From Paragordius varius (Eukaryota; Animalia; Nematomorpha), in contig OZ176052.1 of assembly GCA_964247055.1 (NCBI GenBank), positions 7,378,001 through 7,442,000 of the forward strand: a stretch of 64,000 nt of DNA. Direction: 5' to 3'. The translations under genes and the position numbers were made by a program. Of the stretch, positions 37,101 to 49,870 are shown piece after piece. Position 1 is the first letter of the stretch; each line of letters opens with the position of its first letter. Under the pieces are notes generated by a model. It was not told the origin of the DNA, did no database searches, and saw only the letters and a list, made by a program, of their open reading frames with translations.

Positions 37101-40100
37101 ATTTCTATACCCGGTGAAAATTCCGAAATAATATTTACTTCAATAATGCATATGCTAGAAAAAAATTTAAAAGACAAAATTATCGCATATTGCGCTGACA
37201 ACACCAATACGAACTTTGGCGGAAAAGCAAGGAGGGGAACAAAAAATATTTTTCATAAATTAAGAGATAATCCTAATCAAAACATTATTGGCGTTGGGTG
37301 TGCAGCGCATATAATACACAACGCTATTCAAACAGCTGCTGATTTGTTACCCCTAGATGTGGAAAATGTAGTTGTTAAAATATATTCCTATTTTTATATA
37401 TACACGGTACGTGTTGAAACGCTTAAAAAATTCTGTGAAAATGCAGAAGTTCAATATCAAAAAATGCTTAGATAATGTAAAACTCGTTGGTTGGCTTTTA
37501 TGCCAGCTATCGAAAGAATTTTAAAAATGTATGATCCTTTAAAATCGTTTTTTATCACAGGACAAATGTCCTACAACTTTAAAAAAGTTTTTTTGAAAGT
37601 GATTCTTCAAAAATATGGTTAGAATTCTTACATAATCAAGCTTCTCTCTTTCAAAATGTTAAATTTATAGAAGGTGACATAATTTCAGCTATCGAAGTAG
37701 CCAATGAAGTTAGTAACCTAAAATTCCAATGTCAAGAACGGTTAGAAAATAATTTTATACCATTAACCATCCGCAATATAATAAATAATTTAAAAAAACA
37801 AGGTAAATTGCCAAGATATCCGTACCATATAAAAACGTTTTATACAAACTGTAAAGAATATTTGGAAGACTGGACGACGCAATTTAATGTAATTGATCAT
37901 TTTCATTGGATAACATTAAAATCAGAATTTAAGTGTTTGTTCAAAAATCATTTGATTATATCTGCTCCCAAAAATTCTCAAAAAGTAATATTCTGAAGTA
38001 TCATTAGTTAAAAGATAGATTAATAATGAAAAACTTAAATTATGTACAAAAGAAAAATATACAGTAGAAAAGAAATGGTTGAAAAAATTTCATCATTTTG
38101 AAGCCAACTATATTACATACAATAATATTTTAAAAATTGTGGAATTCGCACTATCTTTACCTGGAACCAACGCTGTTACTGAGCGCGTTTTTTCCACAGT
38201 AAATCAGGTGTGGATTACGGAAAATCAAATTTAAATGTTGAAACTTTAAAGGCCGTTTTATCTGTCAAATATAATTTGACAAATTCTTGTGAAGACTTTT
38301 ACAATATTTTAAAAAATGATGACAATCTGCTAAAACGCATTCACTCAAGCAAAAAATATACCAGAGAATAAAATATTTTCTTTAAAGTTTTTGTGTTAAA
38401 AAATAAACAAAATTACTTAAAATATTGTATAAGTCTTCATAATTTGTCAAATTATATTTGAACACATATAATGGCTTTTATTCAACATTTAAATTTAATT
38501 CGGTGTCCTTACTTAATTTACTGTGGAAAAACGCGTTCAATAGCAGTGGTTCAGGTAAAGATAATGCAAATTCTACAATTAAAATATTATTGTATAGAAC
38601 ATAATTTGTTTAAAAATTATTTTAACCATTTCTACGTATTTTTTTCTGTTGCCCATAATATAAGTTTTCATTCAATATATTTATTTAATAATGAGACTTC
38701 ATAAAAAAGTGTCATTGTGCACCGTCTTGTCTTCCAAATAATCGTTTCTGTTTGGATAAAACATTTTTATATTTTGGCTATTCATTGAGCCTTGTTTTTC
38801 TGGATGCTTTAGGTAATGATATAAAATTATTTTCTAACCTTTTTTGACTTGGAATTTTGACCTTTGTCCTGTGATAAAAAATAGGATTCTAGGAGATCAC
38901 ATTTTTATAAATATTTCAATCGCTGGCAAAAGAGCTAACCAACAGTTCTACAATATCCAAGCATTTTAACATCTATATTTTCCACATCCAGGGGTAACAA
39001 ATCAGTAGCTATTTGAATAGCGTTGTGTATCTGCCAATAATGTTTTGATTAAGATTATTCGCTAAATTATTAAAAATATTTTTTGGATTGCTTCTTGCAT
39101 CACCCAGTACAATTTGTGATGATTTCGTCTTTATTATTTTTTTCTAGAATATTACAATCACTTCACCCTTTGTTCGTGCACATGTAAATTTATTGAATAA
39201 GGTACAAACAACCTGTAAGGAACAAATTTTTTTATATTTATAATGTATTTGTGTTAAAAATAAATAAATATTACAATAAATTTTTTGTATAAAAATTTTT
39301 GGTTGTACCTCCAATGAACCCCCCCCCTCCCCCCTTCTCAGATTTGTCCCGCATTTTTCTTCAAAAAATCTGGTCACCTTATATATAATATATAAATTTT
39401 AAAAGAAATTAAAAATAGTTAATAAATAAAATGTATTTCTGTATCCATAAAATATTTGACAATCGCATGCTCAGGGCTGAGATTAACAATGGAAGAATTA
39501 TGGAGGATAGGATTACAATTTTGACAATGCGAATCAGTTATCGGAGCGACTCTACCAACAAAACAAATTAAAACAATTTGCTATTTATACTATTAACATT
39601 ATATAAAACTCAGAATTCAGTTAAAATTTGAAATCTCAGAATTTTTTGCATATTGAATTTTTATTTTTAAATTTATCAATTCTTTCGTTATTTATGATGC
39701 TAATAATACTATTGGTGATTTTATTTAATATTGCTTTTTTTCGATTGGGGTATGATGTTTATAACCACGAATTACTGCATACATAGATAACTTTTATTTT
39801 AAAATTTCGCTGGAAAAAATTTCTCTGTTACATACATATTGTTAAAATAAGGAAATCGAATATCTTTAAAAGTATGATTTATAAACATACGATTTCCAAC
39901 AGCACTATCCACAAACAAATAAAATTTGTGGTCCACATACTCCAAATTTAATTCATCATCCATAGTTGATCTTAAATCGCTTGTTTTAACATAGTTTGAA
40001 TTTGTACTGTAATCCGGTAAAAAGGAAGGATTATAAATCTAAAAATATAATTGAAGGAAGCGCTAATTATATAAGTTGTTTTTTTTGAAAAGTAATTAAA

Positions 40101-43100
40101 GCTAAGGGTAGGAGTACCAAATTATTTGTGGGTTTTGGTATACTTTTTTGAGAATTGTACTGTTTTATTCGATCAAGTAAATCAGAGACTGATACTTCAA
40201 AATCAGTGTATACTAAAAATGATTCTCCCCTCGCAGTAACACCATCCTCTTTGCATTCCCCAAAACCTTCCCAATTCAATTTAAACAAACTATAATCTGT
40301 GTGTCTTGCGATACGTTCCTTAGCCCATTGATTTGGAATTAATTGAATATCATATCTGTAAATGTGTAAAGATTGGCTAAGCAAAAATGTTATAAAATTA
40401 TGAAGTTTCCATAAATAATTTATTTTCACCAAATATTTGTAAAAATTTGGTTATTTGTTTTTAAAGAATCCAGAAGGATGATGTGTATAAGTATATCATT
40501 TCATAAATATAACTTTCTTTTTTACTGATATGGATAATGAAGGGATGCTCTCGGGTTAATAAATTAAATTTAAACGCAAAAACTATAAAAACATAACAAA
40601 CAACATTATCTAATGATTATTTTATATAAAAAATTTCAACGGTCATATGAAGTTGAGGAAAACATTACATCTAGATTTGAAAATCAAAATTTATGACTAT
40701 TGAACTTTAAAACTAACTTAGTCTGCATGATTCCGCCAATGTTATCATCTATTAAAAAAATGTATAAGTTTGTTTTCATTTATACATTTATAATACATCC
40801 AACAAAATTTGAACGATACCTTTTTATTAATTTTTTTGCGTAGTTAAAAAATACATATTTTGGGGAGTAAATTTATAAAGTTATACATTCAAAAATTTTA
40901 CAAATATTTAAAAGTGTATATTTTGATTTAAAATTGGAGACGAATTTATATCAAGCTACCCTAGTTAGGCAGCCTCTTTCGAGTTTTTTTAACTATACCT
41001 AGGATAATGTTAATAAAAATTTCGCAATATGATGCAGCTAGCTATAATAATGTCCAAAACAAAGAATCAAACTATGAGAAAGTTTTGAGTCGATGAGTGA
41101 CCGGCATCTGTCTAGAACATATTGCGATGCATATACATATCGCTTTGATTTGTGTCCCATATAATGTTATTACAATCTCTATTGTCTTTCCAAACATTTA
41201 TGAAATAAAATTTTTATGAATTCAACCAAGATGCTACGGGTTTATATTGGTTTTTATAAGTTTGCCACAGTTTTATTATTTATCGGAATAAGGGCGCTAT
41301 ATATGGTACGAAATGGTTTTAAACCATAAATATTTTACCAAAATTGAGACGGATATAAGCTCTGGAAAAGTCAATGATGCTCCTTAATTTTACTTTTGTT
41401 TTATATGAACTCAATACTCATTTGTTTATTGTTGATTTTATATAAATCTTTCGGCACATAGCATGTTTAAAACTTTAAGCTAAAAATTACCGTTCGGCCG
41501 CATGAAAGATCAATGTTCCTATTTCAACACCAGCAACAGGATACCCGTCTCCTTTAACAATGCGCAGGCTATGCCCATCTACATTCAGGCTAACCGGGCA
41601 AAACATGAATCCATTGTATATGACTCGAATTGTATAGGGTGCAGAGCCATAAAATCGGGTTCTTGGAAAAACTGTGATAAATGGTGGGGACTTTGGCAAA
41701 ATACCATTTCTCCCATTTAATAACAGCGTGGGAGGGGGATCGGAATCGCCACCTTGTGGCCCAAAGTATGGGAGGATTCGCTTTGGAGCCCAGTCTGCCA
41801 GCATTATCGCAGCATTTTGATCAAGATCAAACGGAATTCTTGGTTCGAACCCAAGCCTTTCCCGTATAATGAGTTCGCCGGCAACACCTATTATTCATTA
41901 AATATATAAATTATTATTTAACGGACAAAACGCAAAAACTAAAAAACAAATATTTTGCAAAAAAGGCATCCATATAACCCTGAGTTTCCACAAAGAAACT
42001 GTATAATTACAATTTATTGTTATTTAATTGAGTTTATTACCAATATATATCTATAATCCCCTTTGGCAGTCCAAAATGATTTATATAAAATCAAATAAGC
42101 TGCCTTTTAAAAAAAAATATTTGTCGTTTATTTATAACGTTTTGTCCGTATAATTTCATTTTTTACTATATGTCACAAGATATATGTGGAATAATTAATT
42201 CATAAATTATACGGAAAATTCAAGATAATTTGCAATAATCAAATGGCATAAAATACAATACCATCCTCTCGTAAAAACCCTGAATGGGCATGCCAAAAAG
42301 TCGTTCCCGGAGGATACGCTTTAAATTTGTAACGGAAGGAGGAACCATAGGCAATAGGACACTGGGTTACATATGCTACTCCGTCCATAAACGGTGTTTC
42401 CACATGATGTATACCGTGCCAATGTATTGATATGGCTTCTTGGCTTTTTAGATTGTTGATAACATTTACGACTATAATGTCGTTTTCACAAACCTAACAT
42501 GCGTGCATGATTGTCGTTAACAAATATTTTAACAAAATTTAAACGTTTTTTTGATCATCTATTTTGCTATTATGAGTTTTGCTCTAAACAATAATTTAGT
42601 ACATACATTCTTTGAATCCAAAATATTATGTGTAAATTAAATACCCTAATGGGTGGACCAGGCATTTGATTATTAACGGCTAAAACTGTGCGGAACCCAC
42701 CGTCGGCAGCAATACATCCAGGGAGATAACAATCTTCTTGAATGCGCGGACAAGATTTACAAAATCTTGGGGACATGGTTACTTGTAATTCAACCACGAA
42801 CTTGTATTGGCAAATCATCGGATTTTGCCATTCTTGACACGATCTGTCACAAGGATGTCTAGATCCCCGATTAATTGTTTCATTTACAGGACCACCATAC
42901 CCCTGAGATTGAATAACTAGGAGAAAATTTATTTAATTAAAGTTGAAATATTGATATATTTATATAATATAGATAAGTGGCTGAAGGAAGCTAAGTATAT
43001 AAAAATTTATTATTTTAAAAACTAAACTTTAATATTTTATTTGAATTATGATTGATTTCCTAACAAATTTATTAAAAATCTATAAAGAAAACTGATTTCT

Positions 43101-43423
43101 TAAATGAAAATGGTAGGATTCTCTAAAAAAGAAGGTTAGGGTCATGTAACTAAAACAAATTATCCAGCCTACATCAACCCTTTCCGAAATCTCCCCCATA
43201 AAAATAAAGGCAACTGGTAATATTTTGATCTAACGACGAGGGTGATCGTTATTTGATATAAAAGCGTTGGCATTCGTATGGTACACTAAGTACTCAAATG
43301 GGGAAATTTAACAAATTTATTTGGATATATGATTAACTTTACGAATTTTTTATAATTTTGTATGTTTTAATTGTAAGGATTACCTCTAAAACAGACCCAA
43401 AGGATAGCAAAGAATAGAAACAT
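34194..43423 (-). CDS. Secreted multicopper oxidase (animal laccase/MCO type with Cys-rich N-terminus)
   Basis: Signal-like exon [13 protein letters not shown] (43423-43384); HPCDRSC...CKSCP...[12 protein letters not shown]...[10 protein letters not shown]|VCEND; copper motifs IHWHG, FWHAHS, HSFHLHG, DNPG|[16 protein letters not shown]; stop TGA 34194-34196. The junction across 39840-35330 is not fully resolved. Confidence 0.92.
35791..36122. repeat. About 320-bp tandem duplication unit; second unit (36112-36122 plus 39382-39700) is split by the hAT
   Basis: 35794-36110 and 39382-39700 are near-identical direct repeats with small indels. Confidence 0.85.
36123..39381 (+). mobile_element. Defective hAT (Blackjack-like) transposon in laccase intron
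   Basis: TIRs TAAGGTGACCAGA / TCTGGTCACCTTA; perfect 8-bp TSD TATATAAT (36115-36122, 39382-39389); transposase about 36530-38370 with [55 protein letters not shown], broken by frameshifts and stops. Confidence 0.93.
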
Positions 43424-44591
43424 ACTATACAAATTTTTTTCTATTATTTTATAAAAATATTTAATGATGAGATTAAATTTTATCATAAATATTTAATACC
43501 TGTCTCAAACTTATCACAAACAATTTTGTCACAATTGTCCTTCAACCGTTTAATCTATTAATTGAATGTAAAACTTTATGTTTTTAGAATGATTTATATT
43601 TAACTTGCTAATATATTGCATATAATAAATTACAGATAATATTCAATGTATAATAAAAGAAAATTAATTGGCCATTATTAATAACATGATATAATATATT
43701 AAAAATGTTAGCTAACCTTTTGACAAAAATGGAAATAGTTTAACACTGAGTCTCATCTAAGGTGTTTATGTGATTAATATTAGGCAACGTCCTTATTATT
43801 GTAAAATTTAAACGAACATTATATAAATTAATTAACATCTATTTTTGTTACAAATTAAATTTTTTATAAAAACCTGTAAATTACACTGCGTCCAAGAATT
43901 ATCTATATTCTGATGGATGAATGTATCAGAATTTTCATGGTACTTTGAGTTTTAGGGCTCACGAGTTGCACCTTTTGTGGTAATTGCTGGATATCGAATG
44001 GCAATATTAGCACACATTATGTTTGATAAAAAAATTTTGGTACAAGCTTTATGCTTTATTTCAAAAAATATAATTTAAATATACGATATACCATATTTAT
44101 AAAGCAAAACAATATTTTTATAAAATCCTAATTTTTAGATGTAGGCCCGAAAGTCCCAAGTTTGTATTCCCTTACTAAAATGAGCTAATTCTCTTAAAAT
44201 AAACGGAAAAATCCGATATTTAACGTATAATTTTTATTATATGGTAAACTATGGCATCGAAAAAACATACTTTTGAAAAAATGCATATTTTGTTAAAAAT
44301 ATAATTTTTAGCAAAATTTGTTAAGGCGTATTTTATATTATTTTCAGGAAAGATAAAACATCATAAAAACGCTTTAAGCCAGTTTGGTTCTCATTCCACC
44401 AAATTTAAAAAAATTCTTGCTCCCTCCCCCCCCCACCCCCTTTCTTTCCAAAAAAACCTTCAATTTATTTTTAGTTTTATTTTTTATTGAACCAAGGCTG
44501 AGAATCCAGTTTGACTTAATCCATAAGGTGTCAAAATATGTAAGTTATTTTGAAATATTTTTGGATACAGGTTATGTGCTTTTATATAAAA

Positions 44592-45787
44592 TCGTGCTGC
44601 TACGCAGCCCGAGGAAGTCCTTCGGACTTCTGGGGGGGGGGGGGGGGGTTCGAAGTTTGGATTTGAATGGGTCTACCGTTTTTCCTGTAGATCACAAAGC
44701 CAGCATTTTCCATTTTTATAAATATATAGATTACCATAAATGATGTTTTAATATCCATATATCTTTTAACATGCTATACATATGATAGATACTCTTTACT
44801 CAGCAGCTATCATCAAAGAAACGCTTGACTAAAATTTTTGCCTTTTAACAGGCAATACGAAAAATCTTTCTCGAATTTTTACAGTCTCATACCGTGGGCA
44901 AAAAAATACAATCAAAAAAATATTTTTGTGGACTTTGTTTTTTTTGAAAAAAATGGCATTTTACGGGGGGAGCGGGTAAAAAGAGGGCCTAAATCAAAAA
45001 AGTGACTCGACTATGTTCGGCGCAATCGAAAATAAGTAAACCAAAATCATATTTGAAATTGAATGGTCCAACACGTTCTCCAAAAAATTGACTTAACCCA
45101 TTTTTCACACGGGGTGGGCCCAAACTGGGGACCTAATTCCAAAAAAGGGCGAAGCTATTGTCGGGGCATTCATTAATGATTATATTTTTTCGATGTTTGG
45201 ATTTGAATGGGTTCACCGGTTTTCCGGAAACAGATCACAAAGTTATATGAAAAATCAGTTTTTAGCGGGTAGCTCCTTACCCAGCAGCTATCATCAAATA
45301 AACGGTGGACTAAAATTTTTGCCTTTTAACAGGGAATACGTGGAATCTTTATTGAATTTTTACGGTCTCATACCTAAGGCGAAAAATCGATTTAAAAAAT
45401 TATTTCTGTGGACTTTGTTTTTTGAAAAAAATGGCATTTTACGGGGGGAGCGGGTAAAAAGAGGGCCTAAATCAAAAAAGTGGCTCGGCTATGTTCGGCG
45501 CAATCGAAAATAAGTAAACAAAAATCATATTTGAAATTGAATGGCCCAACACGTTCTCCGGAAAATTGTCTCAAAAACACGATTTTGTGGACTTCTGTTT
45601 TCAAAAAAAACCCGTTTTTCATACGGGGTGGGCCCGAACTGGGGGCCTATTTAAAAAAAAGGGCGAAGCTATTGTCGGGACATTTATTAATGATTATATT
45701 TTTTCGATATTTGGATTTGATTGGGTCTACCGGTTTTCCTGTACCAGATCACAAAGCCAGCATTTTCCATTTTTATAAATATATAGA
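44592..45787 (-). mobile_element. Non-autonomous Helitron, composite copy R1 (3' CTAG missing)
   Basis: Reverse complement of 58914-60120 at high identity; A|TCTATATATTTATAAAA 5' end at 45787, internal second 5' end at 44730, two about 514-bp internal units, terminal hairpins present. Confidence 0.8.
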
Positions 45788-45839
45788 TTTCTCGATATTA
45801 AGATTAGCAAATTGATTAATTAATTGAATCATATTCACA

Positions 45840-45970
45840 GTTTAATGCCTCTTCCTGCACTTCTATCGGAAGAGTGTGATTGCATCAAACTGTAAATGGA
45901 TTTATTGTTAAGTTAACTGACCATTCAGATAAAGGTTTGGAAAGTGCAAATTCCTCCACAAAAATTAATT
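45840..45970 (-). mobile_element. Possible short Buster-type hAT transposase remnant
   Basis: EEF...EW...INPFTV*..LPIEVQEEAL resembles the W-x-x-NPF...LP...QEEL stretch of Buster/Charlie transposases; short and weak. Confidence 0.3.
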
Positions 45971-46402
45971 ACTAAATAATAAATGAATGATTGGATAATG
46001 GACTTGTAGGTCCAATCAAAGATCGGAAACTGAACGAATTAAAAAAATATGTTTGAATATTTTGCATAATAATTATAGCTTTTTAATGCTGTTTTATTTT
46101 TTTTATATGATAGTACGTATTAAGAACCAGTAAAATAAATAGTTAAATACACTATGTGTGAATTTAACAATCTAACAATGATCACTTCTCAATATTGTAA
46201 CTTAGTATCTAAATTACAGTGAGTAAGTATATATTGCTAGAATGTTATTAATTATTGCAAAATAGATGCAGAAAAGATTATTATTGGCTAATAATAGTAA
46301 AAAGTGAAAAAATAACTATAAGCTAATAATACCCTTTGTTGTATATGTTATTTAGTAATAATAAATAACTTTCTAGCAATGTATACTTACTCAAACTGTA
46401 AA

Positions 46403-47109
46403 TCCTATATATTTATAAAAATGGAAAATGCTGGCTTTGTGATATGGTACAGGAAAACCGGTAGACCCATTCAAATCCAAACTTCGAAAAAATATAATCA
46501 TAAATAAATGTACCGACAATAGCTTCGCCCTTTTTTGGAATTAGGTCCCAAGTTCGGGCCTACCCCGTGTGAAAAATGGGTTAAGTCAATTTTTTGGAAA
46601 ACGTGTTGGACCATTTATATTCAAATATGATTTTTGTTTACTTATTTTTGATCGCGCTGAACATATTCTACTCACTTTTTTGATTTAGGCCCTCTTTTTA
46701 CCCGCTACCCCCGTAAAATGCCATTTTTTTCAAAAAAAACAAAGTCCACAAAAAATTTTTTGATTGTATTTTTTTGCCCAAGGTATGAGCCTGTAAAAAT
46801 TTGATAAGGATTTTTCGTATTCCCTGTTAAAAGGTAAAAATTTTAGTCAAGCGTTTCTTTGATGATAGCTGCTAACTAAGGAGTTTCTATCATATGTATA
46901 AATATTTTTTTAAATCTTTTTTCCCCTAAGTAAACAATAAATGTATGAATGCACCGTTGTAAAATTCCTATGAGATCCTATCTATTAGATATTGTTTCGA
47001 AATAATCCACATATGTGGATCATTTTATTGTTACTTTTTTCACATAACCCCCCCTCCAGAAGTCCGAAGGACTTCTATGGGCTGCGTAGCAGCACGAGAT
47101 TTACGCTAG
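46403..47109 (+). mobile_element. Non-autonomous Helitron R2a
   Basis: 5' TCCTATATATTTATAAAA; 3' hairpins AGAAGTCC-GAA-GGACTTCT and GCTGC-GTA-GCAGC followed 12 nt later by CTAG|T. Confidence 0.85.
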
Positions 47110-47112
47110 TAA

Positions 47113-48159
47113 TCTATATATTTATAAAAATGGAAAATGCTGGCTTTGTGATCTGGTTCAGGAAAAACGGTAGACCCATTCAAATCCAAACCTCGAAAAT
47201 ATATAATCATTAATGAATGCCCCGACAATAGCTTCGCCCTTTTTTTGTAATAGGCCCCCAGTTCGGGCCCACCCCGTATAAAAAACGGGTTTTTTTTGAA
47301 AACACAAGTTCACAAAAATCGTGTCTTTGAGGCAATTTTCCGGAAAACGTGTTGGTCGATTTCAAATATGATTTTTTTCACTTGTTTTCGATTGCTCCGA
47401 ACATATTCGGCTTACTTTTTAAATTTAGGCTCTCTTTTTACCCGCTCCCTCCGTAAAATGCCATTTTTTTCAAAAAAACTAAATAATTTTTTGCTTAGAG
47501 TATGAGACCGTTATAATTGAATGAAGATTCCAGCTATTCCCTGTTAAAAGGCAAAAATTTTAGTCAGGCGTTTCTTTGATGATAGCTGCTGGGTAAGGAG
47601 CTACCCGCGAAAAACTGATTATTCATGTAACTTTGTGATCTGTTTCCGGAAAACCGGTGAACCCATTCAAATCCAAACATCGAAAAAATTTAATCATTAA
47701 TGAAGGCCCCGACAATAGCTTCGCCCTTTTTTGGAATTAGGTCCCCAGTTTGGGCCTACCCCGTGTGAAAAATGGGTTAGGTCAATTTTTTGGAGAACGT
47801 GTTGGACCATTAAATTTCAAATATGATTTTAGTTTACATATTTTTGATCGCGCTTAACATAGTCGACTTACTTTTTTGATTTAGGCCCCCTTTTTACCCA
47901 TACCCCTGTAAAATGCCATTTTTTTCAAAAAAAAACAAAGTCCGCAAAAATAATTTTTTGATTGTATTTTTTTGCCCAAGGTATGAGACTGTAAAAATTA
48001 GCTGCTGGGTAAGGAGCTACCCGCGAAAAACTGATTTTTCATGTAACTTTGTGATATGGTACCGGAAAACCGGTAGACCCAATAAAATCCAAACTTCGAA
48101 CCCCCCCAGAAGTCCGAAGGGCTTCCTCGGGCTGCGTAGCAGCACGAGATTTACGCTAG
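47113..48159 (+). mobile_element. Non-autonomous Helitron R2b, head-to-tail with R2a
   Basis: A|TCTATATATTTATAAAA ... GCTGCGTAGCAGCACGAGATTTACGCTAG|T; two about 490-bp internal units. Confidence 0.88.
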
Positions 48160-49059
48160 TATTAAATAAATCTTTCAAATAATATTAAACATTATGCTTA
48201 ATAACATGTATTTAACACTTCATGACCTTCGGGTAGTTTTATTTCCCGAAGCGATTATATATTAAAAAATCTTAAAAAAATTTAAGGTATTAGACCGAAT
48301 TTAAATTCTTCTTCACCACTTTTAGGCGCATTAAATTAAAGAGTAAACTTGATAAAAAATCCTCATCTCAAACTTTTTCGCCGACATTTTTTAATCGATA
48401 ACACAATATGCAAATTTATTTATGATTGGAAAATGTAAATAATTAACTTTAGTAAGCTTTCAGGGTGCATTTAACCGAAAAATTGATATATTATTGATTT
48501 TAAAATTAGCTGTTTACTTCAATCGTGTTTTGGGGTTGTTCCAATTTTCGGTTCTAGACGTCACAAAACTTTAAAAAATATATGTTTTTTAATACAAGAG
48601 AACATTGGATTTTCAATAATTACTTTCAAAACAGTAGTTTTTTACAAGATTGAGCTCAGGGATTTAAAACTAACCCAATATGTCATTGCGGACAAAAAAG
48701 TGAAAAGGTAGTGTTAAGATAGTTCCTCCATATCCCCCTAGATATTTTACGCCCTCCTAAAGAACGTTACCCCCCTTTTGGTAATACTGCTTTAAGCCAT
48801 TATAAAAAACTTTTTTTATATAATTTAATGGTGCTGATGATTTCTATCTTAAATTTAAAAATTCGCTTTTCAATTTGAGTGAATTTCGTAGAAAAACTAT
48901 TATATTTAACATAAATTTAAAAACTAACAAATATTTTAATGTGAAATAGTGACAGAAATGTTAATAATATAGCAAAGGGTTTTTAAAATCACAAAGTGTT
49001 TTATACCATTTCCATCATGTCTTAAAACAATTTGTTGCGCTTCTTACTAAAAATAAAAT

Positions 49060-49870
49060 TTTTAAAAAAGTATGCATTTCAATTTTTATAAAAAATATTT
49101 TTCGAAATCTGGAAGTGTGTTTTTTAAGGACCTAATTTTTTAGAAAAACAAAAAAATTTGGAGCTTTGGAGGCCACATCTAAAAATCAAATATTTTAAAA
49201 AATATTTTATACGTAGTTTATGAAATATTATGGTGATATTTTTTGACGCAGTTAGCCTTCTCCAAAAAAATTTTATTAAAAATTCTTTTAAATGCAGTTA
49301 CCACAAAAGTGTACTACACTTATATTACTCGTACGGGCCAAACCAAATCACCATGATAATCCTGATACAGTTTCTTATCGATATATTTATCTATATATTT
49401 ATACCACCGGATTTTAAACGTGGTTTATATAAAAATTTATTAATTATATATTTAGATGTTTTTTTACCGTTTTTACCATGCTTAAAATACCATGAAAAAC
49501 CGTTCATCAATTTGCTAAAAATTAAATTTTTAACCATGTATGCATTTTATCAAAAAAATTTTTATATCATTTCTATTATCACAAAATTTTGGCATTTTTG
49601 TCTTTAATACGAGCCCATATTATAAGAGGCAAAAATTAAAGACTTTCGGGCCCACATCTAAAATTTTATTTATATATTATACTGTTTTGCTTTTAAATTC
49701 TACATCTTTTTTTGGAATTTTAGCATTCATCGAAATTTCATTGAGCGTAACTTACCCAAATTGCGGTTTTTTATATGGAACAATTAAATGATAATAATTC
49801 GTAAAGATTAAAAGTAAAACCAAAATACCATAAAAATCCTTATACATTTGTTTATCTTAATAATTTATTT
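49060..49870 (+). repeat. Unclassified dispersed repeat, copy 2 (49060-49400) plus a partial tandem copy (about 49620-49860)
   Basis: Homologous to 8720-9140; CCACATCTAAAA and ATCCTTATACATTT motifs recur. Confidence 0.65.

Noticed and set aside
43740-44190. Possible plus-strand micro-intron gene (GSRVAPFVVIAGYRMAILAH...)
   Set aside because: Needs a 16-nt intron, pieces do not join in frame and no family is recognised.
44384-48182. ORFs of 69-119 aa in the repeat cluster (also 58915-60126)
   Set aside because: They overlap in several frames, differ between copies and lack recognisable motifs; by-products of GC-richer repeat DNA.
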